NCBI GenBank assembly: GCA_043827405.1
Contig: JBDRPD010000083.1
Location: 64,001 to 128,000, forward strand
Length of the DNA stretch: 64,000 bases
Direction: 5' to 3'
Source of the DNA: Elusimicrobiota bacterium
Lineage (GTDB): Bacteria > Elusimicrobiota > Elusimicrobia > UBA1565
In this document: positions 29,205 through 38,732 of the stretch, one piece after another
Position numbering within the stretch: the stretch's first letter is position 1
How the letters are laid out: each line of letters begins with the position of its first letter
The notes under the pieces: generated by a model
Seen by the model: only the letters and a program-made list of their open reading frames with translations
What the model was told of the DNA's origin: nothing
Databases searched by the model: none
Made by a program: the position numbers and the translations under genes

Positions 29205-32200
29205 ATGCAAGGTGAGCTGGATCGTCGTATCCGGCGCTGGCGCCTGGAGCGCTGGCGCGCGCAATGGGCCGAGGGCGGACTGCGTTTCGTCTCGGCGGCG
29301 GCGATCATGCTGCTGGCGGCGCTGCTGGCGGACCGTTTCGCGGCGCTGCCGCAGGCGGCACGCTGGGGGCTGTTCGCCGTCGGCGCGGCCGCGGCGGCGG
29401 CCGGAATCTATCTGCATTTTCTTCGCCCGCTGCGCCTGCTCGCGCCCGCCCGGCTGCTCAGCGACGTGGCGCGGCGCTGTCCCCAGCTCGCCGCCTATCT
29501 GCGCTCGGCTTGGGAGCTGGGGCGCAGCGGGCCCTCGGTACATACCTCCGGCGAGCTGGCGGACGAACACCTCCGCCGTACCGACACGCTCCTGGCCCGG
29601 CTGTCGCGCGGTATTATGTTCTCCGCGCGGCCGTCACGGCCCGCCGCCAAGCGTACGGTCTTTGCCGCCGCCGCTTGGGGCATCGCGATGCCGTGGCTCT
29701 ATAATGGACAAGCGAACTTCCAGCGCGTCCTGGCGCCCTGGCAGGATGCGCGCCTCGACGCACAGGTGGAGGTGCGGCCCGGCGATCGCGAGACCGCCTG
29801 GGCGGAGCCCGTCGAGATCAGCGCCCGCTGGCGCACGGCGCACATCAACGGACCCCTGCGGCTGTTCGCGCGCGAGCCGGGCGGCAGATGGGGGGAGGTT
29901 CCTTGGGACCGGGAGGAGGGCGACTCCGGCTCCCTGCGCATCGACAACCTGACGGGCGAGTTCTATTACCGCGTGGGGTACAAAGATCTGCGTACGCGCG
30001 TCTACCGGCTTAAGCCGATTCCCTTCCCCCGGCTGACCGGTCTTACGGTCAGCGTGCATCTGCCCGGCCGCGGGCCCGCCACGCGCGCGCTCGACTTGGA
30101 GGGCGAGGGCGAGATCGCGGCGCTGCGCCGCAGCTGGGTCACGCTGCGCGGTATGCCGGCCGGCCGCGTCGGCACCGCGCGCCTGCGGGTGTCCTACCTG
30201 AGCCGTCCGGTCGAGATGAAGCGCCTGGCGGACGGAGCGTGGGAAGGAGGCTTCCCGCTCAACGAAAACGGGACGCTCAAGATCGACGCGGCCTCGCCGG
30301 AAGGATCGCGCGACCCGCAGCCGACGGCCTATGCGCTGCGGGCGCTTGACGACGCAAAGCCCGAGGTGGAGCTGCTCTCGCCGACCTTTGAGCTTGAGAT
30401 CAGCCGCCGGGAGAAGCTGACCATTACCTATGAGGCGCGCGACGACTTCGGCCTGCGCTCGCTGTCATTCCTGTACCGGGTCAATGGCGGGGCCGAACGC
30501 GTGCTGCCGCTGGCAGTGTTTCGGCGTTCCGTCGAGCGGCATCTTGGAGATTTCGCCTGGGACTTGGAGCGGCTGCCGGTCGGCTCACGGGTGACGTTTC
30601 GTGTGCGGGTGATGGATAACGCGAGCCCGCACGCGCAGACCGCGGTTTCCAATGAGGGGGTCCTGCACCTCGTGGACTTCGAGACCGTCCACGCGCAGAC
30701 GGAGCGGATGTGGAAAGGAGCGGAGGAGGCTTTACGGCGGCTGGCGCAGCAGGAGGCGGAGTTCGGCGAGCGCCTCAGCGGGATCCGCCGCGACCGCGAG
30801 AGCGAAGACCCCGCCGCGCGGGAGCGGCTGCGCCGGGCGCTCGAACGGCTGGCGCTTGAAGACGCCGCGCTGGCTAAGGAGTGGGCGGATGCGGTTCGCG
30901 AGATGCAGGACTTTGCGCGGGCGATGCGGCAGGACCCATACGCTAATCCGGGGATGACCGAGGCGGCCGAGATGCTGGCCAAGGTGCTGGAGGCGTTTCG
31001 GCAGCAGGAGCTGCCCAAGGCTCGGGAGGAGGCCGCGGCCGGCCGGTATCGGGAAGCGCAGGAGCAGCACGCCGCGCTCGAATCGCGAGTGCGCAAAGCG
31101 GCGGACCTGCTGAGCGCCGGACGCGAGATGCAGTCGATGCAGGATTTTTGGGGCGAAGCGCATCGCATGGACCAGGCCGGCGGCGAAATCGCCGGCGAGC
31201 TTGAGCGGATCGCCAAGAGCGGCAAGGCCCCCACCGCCGCCGAACGCGAGAAGCTGCAGCAGGCCCTGCGCCAGCTGCAGGAGCAGATGGACGCGCTGTC
31301 CAAGACGATCCAATCGATGCCGAAGGCCGACCCGGCATCGGAGACGGCGAAGCACCGCAAGATCTACCATGTGCCGCTGCATGCCGCGCGCCGGACCGCC
31401 GACGCTTTGCAGGCGGCGTTGGAGCGGGGAGATTTCGCGGCCGCGGCGCGCATCGCGCAGCAGCTCGCGCAGCAGCTCGCGCAGGTGCGCGAAGCCGTCG
31501 TTAAGGCGGCGGAGTCGGCGGCCAGCGGCGGCCAAGGAGAGCTGACGGAGCGTATGGAGGCGGCCAAGCGGTTGTGGGAGGATGTCATCGAACAGCAGTC
31601 GCGCAGCCTGCAGCTGGTCAACGCGCTTGAAGACGGCAAGCTGGCGGAGCTGGCCGCGGCGCAAAAGCGCCTGCTTGAGGAGCTGGCCGCGGCGCAACGG
31701 AAGGTCGTGGCCGGCGCCGAAGAGCGGGCGGCGATGATTACCGAACCGTCCTTGGCGGCGATGCGGAAAGTCCTGGGAGAGTTTGAGGCGTCGCGCGTGC
31801 GCGACGCACCCACCCTGCTTAAAAGCTTGATCGCGAGCATGAAATTCCGGGCGCTGCGCTTTCCCCAGCGTGCGGGCCAGCCGTCGCCGGACGCCGCGGC
31901 GCTGACGGGCCTGGCGGAACAGGAGCAGAGTATCCTCGACGCGCTGCTTGGCGGCGCGCCGCCGCCGCCGTTGACTGAACCGCAGCTGGGTGATATGATC
32001 GCGGCGTCGGCCGTGCAGCGACATGCGCGCCGCAAGACCGCGGAACTCGACGGCGAAATGCGGAGCATCGCCGAAGAGTCGGGCATGCTGCCGGCGGAGA
32101 CCCTGCAGTCGCTGGCCGCGGCCCAGCAGGAGCAGCAGGCGGCCGAAGGGGCGCTCGCTCAGCGCGGCAGCGCGCAGGCCCGCGGGCACCAGCAGCGGGC

Positions 32201-32489
32201 GCTTGAGCATTTGACGCAGGGCCAGAAAGGAATGGATGAGGCGTTGTCTCAGCAGACGGCGATCCAGCAGGGGTCGACCCGGCCGTTCGGTCAGCCGCGC
32301 GGGATTGTGCGGCCCGTGGGCCGCGGCGGCCGCGCGGGTTCCCATAAGGGCTTCGTGCCGCTGCCGGGTGCCGACGACTACCAGCCGCCGCGCGAGATCC
32401 GCCGCGAGATCGAGCGTTCGCTCAAGGAGCGGCGGCCGCGTGTTTTTGACCAAACGATCAACGAATACCTGAAGAGGATGTCGAGATAA
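29205..32489 (+). CDS. DUF4175-like membrane protein (TMs, Ig-like domains, long coiled coil)
   Basis: N-terminal TMs, D.KPEV and ARDDFGL Ig motifs, Q/E-rich helical C-terminal half ending INEYLKRM. Confidence 0.65.
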   Translation: MQGELDRRIRRWRLERWRAQWAEGGLRFVSAAAIMLLAALLADRFAALPQAARWGLFAVGAAAAAAGIYLHFLRPLRLLAPARLLSDVARRCPQLAAYLRSAWELGRSGPSVHTSGELADEHLRRTDTLLARLSRGIMFSARPSRPAAKRTVFAAAAWGIAMPWLYNGQANFQRVLAPWQDARLDAQVEVRPGDRETAWAEPVEISARWRTAHINGPLRLFAREPGGRWGEVPWDREEGDSGSLRIDNLTGEFYYRVGYKDLRTRVYRLKPIPFPRLTGLTVSVHLPGRGPATRALDLEGEGEIAALRRSWVTLRGMPAGRVGTARLRVSYLSRPVEMKRLADGAWEGGFPLNENGTLKIDAASPEGSRDPQPTAYALRALDDAKPEVELLSPTFELEISRREKLTITYEARDDFGLRSLSFLYRVNGGAERVLPLAVFRRSVERHLGDFAWDLERLPVGSRVTFRVRVMDNASPHAQTAVSNEGVLHLVDFETVHAQTERMWKGAEEALRRLAQQEAEFGERLSGIRRDRESEDPAARERLRRALERLALEDAALAKEWADAVREMQDFARAMRQDPYANPGMTEAAEMLAKVLEAFRQQELPKAREEAAAGRYREAQEQHAALESRVRKAADLLSAGREMQSMQDFWGEAHRMDQAGGEIAGELERIAKSGKAPTAAEREKLQQALRQLQEQMDALSKTIQSMPKADPASETAKHRKIYHVPLHAARRTADALQAALERGDFAAAARIAQQLAQQLAQVREAVVKAAESAASGGQGELTERMEAAKRLWEDVIEQQSRSLQLVNALEDGKLAELAAAQKRLLEELAAAQRKVVAGAEERAAMITEPSLAAMRKVLGEFEASRVRDAPTLLKSLIASMKFRALRFPQRAGQPSPDAAALTGLAEQEQSILDALLGGAPPPPLTEPQLGDMIAASAVQRHARRKTAELDGEMRSIAEESGMLPAETLQSLAAAQQEQQAAEGALAQRGSAQARGHQQRALEHLTQGQKGMDEALSQQTAIQQGSTRPFGQPRGIVRPVGRGGRAGSHKGFVPLPGADDYQPPREIRREIERSLKERRPRVFDQTINEYLKRMSR

Positions 32490-33154
32490 TGGCGATAAAA
32501 GGACTAGTCAGTGCGCAGTGTCCCGGCAAGGGCTGCGAGTCGGTCGAAGTCGAAGTATGGAGCTATATTCGCGGCGATCGTGATGCGGCGCTGCGGGAGA
32601 GCCTCCTCGCCGGCGACCTGAATTTTGTTCGCTGCGAAACCTGCGGCAGCATGTTTTCTCCGGAAGCGACGGTCGTGTACTACGATCCGTCACGGATGCT
32701 GCTGGCCTTTATTTTTCCCGAGTCCTACCGCGGCGAAGAAGAGCGCTGGCGCGGCAAAATGAGCGAAGACTACAGCAAGATGCGCTCGATTCTCGGCACG
32801 GAAGTCCTCACCGCCGGCGAGCCGCTGCTCTTTTTCGGCCTGGCGGAGGCGTCACGGCAGATGAATGACGAGGAAGATCTTGAGGACGAGGTTAAGGTCG
32901 CGGAGTATTTGTGCGGGGAGCTTGGGCTCAAGGTTCGTTCCGTCGAGCGCAGCTATGCCCGACTGCGCGATCTGCCGCGGATCCTGCCGTACGCGCCGCC
33001 CGCCAAGAGCGGGGAAGCCGCGCGCGAAGACGTGCTGGCCGGCCTGATGCGGCTGCTCAAGGCCAATGACCGGCTGGCGGGTTTTCGGCGCTGGCTGGCG
33101 CTGCTGGGCGAGAGCGATGTCCTGCCGCCGGTCGGGCGGGAGAACGTCGCGTGA
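32489..33154 (+). CDS. CpXC-domain (zinc ribbon) protein
   Basis: CPGKGC and CETCG pairs, LRE.LLAGDLN, VYYDP. Confidence 0.7.
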   Translation: MAIKGLVSAQCPGKGCESVEVEVWSYIRGDRDAALRESLLAGDLNFVRCETCGSMFSPEATVVYYDPSRMLLAFIFPESYRGEEERWRGKMSEDYSKMRSILGTEVLTAGEPLLFFGLAEASRQMNDEEDLEDEVKVAEYLCGELGLKVRSVERSYARLRDLPRILPYAPPAKSGEAAREDVLAGLMRLLKANDRLAGFRRWLALLGESDVLPPVGRENVA

Positions 33155-34272
33155 ATATCGGCGCGGGATTCCGCCGCTGTTTGCGGCCGCTGGCGCAGCT
33201 CGCCGCCGCGCGCGGCATCACGCTCTACGCCGTCGGCGGCTGCGTGCGCGATGGGCTGCGCGGCGCGCCCGTGCGCGATATCGATTTGGTGGTTGAAAAC
33301 GACGCCCGGGCGCTGGCGCGCGCTTGTGTGCGGCGCGCCGGCGGAAGCTGTGAGATATTCGACCGCTTCGGGACAGTGCGGCTGCTGCTAAAGGGCGGGT
33401 ACCGCGTCGACATCGCGCGGGCGCGGACCGAGGTCTATCCGGCGCCGGCGCAGCTGCCTGTCGTGCGGCCGGCATCCCTGGCGGAGGACCTGCGGCGGCG
33501 GGATTTTACGGTCAACGCCATGGCGCGGTCTTTGACCGAGCGCGGAGCCGGGCAGCTGATCGATCCGTACGGCGGCGCGTCCGACTTGCGAGCGCGGCGC
33601 CTGCGGACGCTGCATCCGGCCAGCTTCCGCGACGACCCGACCCGTATTTTCCGCGCCGCGCGCTACGCCGGGCGGCTGGGCTTCGCCATAGAGCGCGGCA
33701 CGTGCGAGCGGCTGGCGGCCGCCGTGCACCAGGGCCTGCCCCGGCGGCTTTCGCGCGAGCGCGTTCGTCAGGAGTTGGTCCGCATCCTGGAGGAGCGGGC
33801 GCCCGCGCCGGCTATGCGGCGCCTGCGGGTCTGGAACATGCTGCCTGTTCTGCATCCGCGCTTTCGCTGGCCGCGGAAGGCGCAGGCCCCGGCTTCGGCG
33901 CATGTGCGCCTGGGACTGTGTGCCTGCGCGCTTTCCCGCCAAGACGGGCGGGAATTTTTACGCTCCCTGCCGCTGGCGCGCGCCGTGCAGGCGGCATTGG
34001 CGCTGGCGGTCGATCTGCGGCACGCACGGCGCACGCCGCGCGAGGCGCCGCCGCCCTTGGCGCTGGGCGTGCTGCGCGCGCAGTTCCCGGACCTTCCCGC
34101 TTCGGCATTCGGCCCGCTGTTCGTCGGCGGGGCGGACTTGCGGCGCGCGGGGCTCGCTCCGGGCGAGGCGTATGCGCGTTGGCTTGAGCGCGCGGCGCGG
34201 CGTCAGTGGCGCGGAGCCGACCGGCGGCGCTTCGAGGCGCGGGCATGGCTGAAAGAGTCATTAAAGCCTTAG
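33151..34272 (+). CDS. Class II tRNA nucleotidyltransferase (CCA/A-adding family)
   Basis: VGGCVRD, DIDL, ARTEVY, DLRRRDFTVNAMA, DDPTRIFRAARY, LSRERV.QEL. Confidence 0.88.
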   Translation: MNIGAGFRRCLRPLAQLAAARGITLYAVGGCVRDGLRGAPVRDIDLVVENDARALARACVRRAGGSCEIFDRFGTVRLLLKGGYRVDIARARTEVYPAPAQLPVVRPASLAEDLRRRDFTVNAMARSLTERGAGQLIDPYGGASDLRARRLRTLHPASFRDDPTRIFRAARYAGRLGFAIERGTCERLAAAVHQGLPRRLSRERVRQELVRILEERAPAPAMRRLRVWNMLPVLHPRFRWPRKAQAPASAHVRLGLCACALSRQDGREFLRSLPLARAVQAALALAVDLRHARRTPREAPPPLALGVLRAQFPDLPASAFGPLFVGGADLRRAGLAPGEAYARWLERAARRQWRGADRRRFEARAWLKESLKP

Positions 34273-35213
34273 GACGCCGCTTCCCCAACCGGCGTCGGCT
34301 CGGACATTACCGGTACGACCATTACGCCGCGGTCGCTCTCTTTATCCTGCTGCAGGCCGCGGTATTCGTGCCGGCGCTCGGCGTTATCGCCGCGGTCGAC
34401 CCCTTCCCCGCCTGGCCGCCGGCGCTGCGTGCGGCGATGCTGGCGGCGGCGGCGCTCGGCGGGGCCTGCGTGCTCTACGGAAGGTTCGTCGAGCCGTTTC
34501 GTCTAACGGTGCGAACGGTGGAGCTGGTTAGTCCCAAGGTCGGGCCGGAACCGGTGCGGCTGCTGCACCTCTCCGACATGCATGTCGGAAGCTGGGGGCG
34601 GCTCGAGGACAAGCTGGTCGCCGCGGCGCGCGAGCTTAAGCCCGATGCGATTGTGCTGACGGGCGATTATACGGCGCATCGCTGGGTCCTCGCCGACGCG
34701 CGACGCTTGCTGCGCGAGCTGGCGGAGGTCGCTCCGACCTGCGCGTCGCTGGGCAACGCCGAGTCACGCGAGCCGCTGTTCACCGAGTTGTGGCGGGATA
34801 CGGGGGTTATCGGCCTGGTCAATAAATCAGCGGACCTCGAGGCGCGCGGCACGCGGCTGCGGCTTACCGGTGTGGTGCCCGGTGAGGAAGACGCGGTGAT
34901 GCGCCTCGGCGGCAACTTCGACGGCTATTCCATCTGCCTGTACCATTATCCGGACCTGGTGCCCGAGGTCGGTCGTCTGCCCTATGATCTCATGCTGTGC
35001 GGGCATACTCATGGCGGTCAGATCCAGCTGCCGTTGATCGGCGCGCTCATCACCGCCTGCCGGGCGGATCGGCGCTACGCGCGCGGGCTGTTCCAAAAAA
35101 ACGGGAAGGCGGCTTTCGTCACTCAGGGCGTCGGCTGTGAGAGCCATGGTATTCCCCGCGTCCGCTTCGGCTGCCCGCCTGAGGCGGCGCTGCTGGTTCT
35201 GCGCCGGCCCTGA
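34245..35213 (+). CDS. Membrane-anchored calcineurin-like metallophosphoesterase (YkuE-like)
   Basis: SDMH, LTGD, LGNAE, CGHTHGGQI. Confidence 0.85.
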   Translation: MAERVIKALGRRFPNRRRLGHYRYDHYAAVALFILLQAAVFVPALGVIAAVDPFPAWPPALRAAMLAAAALGGACVLYGRFVEPFRLTVRTVELVSPKVGPEPVRLLHLSDMHVGSWGRLEDKLVAAARELKPDAIVLTGDYTAHRWVLADARRLLRELAEVAPTCASLGNAESREPLFTELWRDTGVIGLVNKSADLEARGTRLRLTGVVPGEEDAVMRLGGNFDGYSICLYHYPDLVPEVGRLPYDLMLCGHTHGGQIQLPLIGALITACRADRRYARGLFQKNGKAAFVTQGVGCESHGIPRVRFGCPPEAALLVLRRP

Positions 35214-35251
35214 GCCGAAAATAGCAGCGTAAACAATGATAAAATACCGCC

Positions 35252-35887
35252 GTGGAGTGGATCATCCAGCTGCCGGTGCTATTTTTTTCCGTGGTTATCC
35301 ATGAGTTCTGCCATGGCTGGGTCGCCTATAGTCATGGTGACGATACGGCGGAAAAAGCCGGCCGGTTGACGCTTAACCCACTGGCTCATATGGACGCTTT
35401 CGGTACGGTGTTTTTGCCGGTGCTTTGCTTTTTTACCCAAAGTCCGATGTTCGGTTGGGCCAAGCCCGTTCCCGTCAACCCCAAACGCTTCAAAGAGCCG
35501 ATCCGCGACATGATGCGCGTCGCGCTCGCGGGGCCGGGAGCCAATCTGTTAATCGCCTTCGCCGCCGCGATCCTGTTTAAGTTCGTGACCATTTCGGGCA
35601 TGTTCACTCCCGCATACAAGGAAACCATCCGGCAGGCGCTCCTGTTCGCGGTCTCCATTAACCTGATCCTGGCGTTCTTTAACCTTATTCCCATCCATCC
35701 GCTCGACGGATCGAAGGTGATCTTCGGCCTGCTGCCGGAGCGTGCGCGGCGCACCTACGGGCGGCATGTGCCGTACGGGATGTTCATAATCCTGATGCTG
35801 GTGCTGACGCGCAAGCTCAGCGCCTTCGTCCTGTGGCCGATGCGGTTGGTGCTCGGCTTTTGGGTGAAGATCGGCCTGCTCGGGTGA
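35252..35887 (+). CDS. Site-2 (M50) intramembrane protease
   Basis: HEFCH, GWAKPVPVNP, AGPGAN, FNLIPIHPLDG. Confidence 0.92.
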   Translation: MEWIIQLPVLFFSVVIHEFCHGWVAYSHGDDTAEKAGRLTLNPLAHMDAFGTVFLPVLCFFTQSPMFGWAKPVPVNPKRFKEPIRDMMRVALAGPGANLLIAFAAAILFKFVTISGMFTPAYKETIRQALLFAVSINLILAFFNLIPIHPLDGSKVIFGLLPERARRTYGRHVPYGMFIILMLVLTRKLSAFVLWPMRLVLGFWVKIGLLG

Positions 35888-35889
35888 CT

Positions 35890-36981
35890 ATGGCTAGAAA
35901 AACCGTAATGTCGGGAATGCGGGCGACGGGGCGGCTCCACCTGGGCAACTATTGGGGCGCCCTTAAGAACTGGGTCGTCATGCAGGATGAGCACGACTGC
36001 TTCTTCAGCGTCGCCGATCTGCATATGTTTACCACCGGCTACGAGGAATCCGGCCGCCTGCAGGAGCATGTGCGCGAGATGGTGCTCGACTGGCTTACCG
36101 CCGGTCTTGATCCCGAGCGCTGTACGATTTTCCAGCAGTCGCGCGTGCCCCAGCACGCTGAGCTGGCGCTGCTGCTGTCGATGGTGACGCCGATTTCATG
36201 GCTGGAGAACAACCCGACCTACAAGGAGCAGCTGCAGGAGCTGGGCCGGACCAAGCTGTCCAAGGCGCTGGAAGAGAAGCAGGGCGTGTTCTCGAAAGTG
36301 AACCGGGAGAAGATCGCGGGGCAGGAGCTCGAGGAGATCGGGATCGACGAAGAGAAGACCCGGCGCGAGCTCAGGACGCACGGCTTTTTGGGCTACCCGG
36401 TCCTGCAGACCGCCGACATCGCCCTCTATGACGCGCACTACGTGCCGGTGGGGCAGGACCAGCTGCCGCATATCGAGATCTCGCGTGAGATAGTGCGGCG
36501 CTTCAATTCAATTTACGGCGAAATATTGATCGAGCCCGACGCGAAAGTCACGCCGACGCCGAAGGTCCCCGGCATCGACGCGCGCAAGATGTCGAAGTCT
36601 TACGGGAACTCCGTCGACCTTTTTGAATCCGCGGAGACGCTCAAGCAGAAAGTGATGGAGATGTACACCGATCCGACCAAGGCGCGGGCGAAGGATCCGG
36701 GGCATCCGGAGGGCTGCGTGGTGTTCGCCATGCATCAGCTTTACAGCGACTTCGCCGCGCGCCGCGAGGAGGAGTGTCGGGCCGGCGCGCTGGGCTGCGT
36801 CGCCTGCAAGAAGGACGTGCTGCGGTCGATGGCGCCGACATTTGCAGAGTTCCGCCGCAACCGTGAGAAGTTCGACCAGCCCGGGCTGGTCGAGGAAATG
36901 CTGGAGCGGGGCAGCTCCCGCGCCGAGGAGACCGCCGAGCGCACGATGTGCCGCGTACGCAAGGCGATGAATCTGCGCTGA
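35890..36981 (+). CDS. trpS: Tryptophan--tRNA ligase
   Basis: LHLGNY (HIGH), YPVLQTADI, VPVGQDQ, KMSKS. Confidence 0.96.
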   Translation: MARKTVMSGMRATGRLHLGNYWGALKNWVVMQDEHDCFFSVADLHMFTTGYEESGRLQEHVREMVLDWLTAGLDPERCTIFQQSRVPQHAELALLLSMVTPISWLENNPTYKEQLQELGRTKLSKALEEKQGVFSKVNREKIAGQELEEIGIDEEKTRRELRTHGFLGYPVLQTADIALYDAHYVPVGQDQLPHIEISREIVRRFNSIYGEILIEPDAKVTPTPKVPGIDARKMSKSYGNSVDLFESAETLKQKVMEMYTDPTKARAKDPGHPEGCVVFAMHQLYSDFAARREEECRAGALGCVACKKDVLRSMAPTFAEFRRNREKFDQPGLVEEMLERGSSRAEETAERTMCRVRKAMNLR

Positions 36982-36983
36982 CT

Positions 36984-37781
36984 ATGGCGGCGAAAGCGTA
37001 CGAAGTCCATTTAGAGGTATTCGAGGGGCCGCTCGACCTGCTGCTCCATCTCATCAAGAAGAACGATCTTGATATCGAGAATATTCCGATCGCCGAGATC
37101 ACTAAAGACTACCTCGAGTGTCTTGAGCTCATGAAGGAGCTCAATCTCGAGATCGCCGGCGACTTCTTGGTGATGGCTGCCACCCTCATGCAGGTGAAGG
37201 CCAAGAGCTTGCTGCCGTCGCAGGCGCTGCTCGACGAGGAGGGGCCGGACCCTCGCGCCGAGCTCGTCAATAAGCTCGCGGAGTACCGCAAGTTCAAGGA
37301 GGCCGCCTCCTTCCTCGACGAGCGCGGCGAGGAGTTCCGCAACGTCTTCTACCGCGGGATGCCGCGCTTCGCCGAGCGCGACAAGCCGCTGAATGTCCGC
37401 ATCTTCGATCTGCTCAGCACGCTGCGCGAGGTCTTGGACCGCACCGAGTTCGCGGGGGGGGTGGTGGCGGCCGAAGAGGTGCGCCTCGAGGACAAGATCG
37501 AGAAAATTCTCGGGCTGCTGAAGAATAAGCCCTATGTCCTGCTGCGCGACATTTTCGCGGGCGAGCGCACGCGCCGCGCCGTCATAACCTGCTTTATCGC
37601 CCTGCTCGAGCTTATTAAGACCCAGAAGGCGTTCGCGCGCCAGGAAGCGCCGTTCGCCGAGATATTGATTTATGAGAAGCAGGAGCCCGTCGAGCCCGTA
37701 TGGGCGATGGACGAATCTCAGAAAAGCGCCGACGATACGGATAAGGAGGCTGAAGAGAGCCATGGAACGAACGCAGCTTAA
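36984..37781 (+). CDS. scpA: Segregation/condensation protein A
   Basis: FEGPLDLLLHLI, FLVMAATL..KAK.LLP, FIALLEL. Confidence 0.94.
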   Translation: MAAKAYEVHLEVFEGPLDLLLHLIKKNDLDIENIPIAEITKDYLECLELMKELNLEIAGDFLVMAATLMQVKAKSLLPSQALLDEEGPDPRAELVNKLAEYRKFKEAASFLDERGEEFRNVFYRGMPRFAERDKPLNVRIFDLLSTLREVLDRTEFAGGVVAAEEVRLEDKIEKILGLLKNKPYVLLRDIFAGERTRRAVITCFIALLELIKTQKAFARQEAPFAEILIYEKQEPVEPVWAMDESQKSADDTDKEAEESHGTNAA

Positions 37782-38517
37782 ACAGGCCGTCGAAACGCTT
37801 CTTTTCATCACCGACCAGCCGATCGGGATAACCAAAATATCGCAGACGGTGGGCGAGAAGAATCGCGAAGCGATCGAGGCCGTCGTCACCGAGATTCAGC
37901 GCGAATACGAGGACCGGGGGACGGCGCTGCAGGTGCTTGAGATCGCTGAAGGCTTTCAAATGGCCACCCGCCCCGACAACGCCAAATACGTGCGCAATCT
38001 ATTCAAGGAGCGCATGGCCATGCGTCTGTCGACCGCGGCGCTGGAGACGCTCTCCATCATCGCCTACAAGCAGCCGCTGACGCGTGCCGAGGTCGAGATT
38101 ATCCGCGGCGTCGAGGTGATCGCCGCGCTGGAAACCCTGCTGGAAAAGGGCCTCATCTGCGTCGCCGGCCGCAAGGAATCGGTAGGGCGGCCCCTGCTTT
38201 ACGGCACGACGACGGATTTTCTGCGCCGTTTCGGCCTGCGCAGTCTTCGCGACTTGCCGCCGCTGGATTCCTTCGGCGGCGGAGAAGCCCCGGAGGGTGC
38301 GTCGGAGGAGGTCGTGGCCGTTCCTTCCAGCAACGGCGCCGAAGAGCCCGTTGAAGAAGCCATGACCGAAACGGACCCGGCCGCTGAAGCGGTCGCGGAA
38401 AAGCCCGCGGATCCGCTGGACGACGACTCCATCCTTTCCCATGATATGAGCGATGCGGCTTCCTGGCCGCAGGATCAGGACGGGAACGAACCCGAAAAGA
38501 CCGCCGACGCCGACTGA
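37762..38517 (+). CDS. scpB: Segregation/condensation protein B with acidic tail
   Basis: LSTAALETLSIIAYKQPLTR, GRPLLYGTT..FL..FGL.SL.DLP. Confidence 0.94.
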   Translation: MERTQLKQAVETLLFITDQPIGITKISQTVGEKNREAIEAVVTEIQREYEDRGTALQVLEIAEGFQMATRPDNAKYVRNLFKERMAMRLSTAALETLSIIAYKQPLTRAEVEIIRGVEVIAALETLLEKGLICVAGRKESVGRPLLYGTTTDFLRRFGLRSLRDLPPLDSFGGGEAPEGASEEVVAVPSSNGAEEPVEEAMTETDPAAEAVAEKPADPLDDDSILSHDMSDAASWPQDQDGNEPEKTADAD

Positions 38518-38732
38518 TGCTCGCTGCGCGTATCGGCTGGATACTTGTCGCGCTCGCGGTCATTGGCGGCTTCGCCTTCGGACGCTATCGCCGGTACCGC
38601 ATAATCACCCCGATCAGTGTCGTGCCGTCGCGTCGCGGTCTGTCTACCGCCGTCCAGCTCTCGACCGCCGCGGCGCTGCAGCTGCCGTCCGACGTCCGAG
38701 TCGCCGACAGCGTCCCGCGGGGGCTTGAATGA
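38517..38732 (+). CDS. Small single-TM hypothetical protein
   Basis: Translationally coupled on both sides (TGATG and ATGA overlaps); N-terminal TM. Confidence 0.55.
   Translation: MLAARIGWILVALAVIGGFAFGRYRRYRIITPISVVPSRRGLSTAVQLSTAAALQLPSDVRVADSVPRGLE

Noticed and set aside
31455..31700. Short tandem repeats (GCGCAGCAGCTC; GGAGCTGGCCGCGGCGCAA twice)
   Set aside because: Encode coiled-coil peptides in frame; no spacers, so not CRISPR-like
30428..32453. Long antisense ORFs here and at 6989-8191, 12272-13540, 25146-26447 and 59304-60980
   Set aside because: Expected stop-poor shadows of high-GC genes; no recognisable motifs
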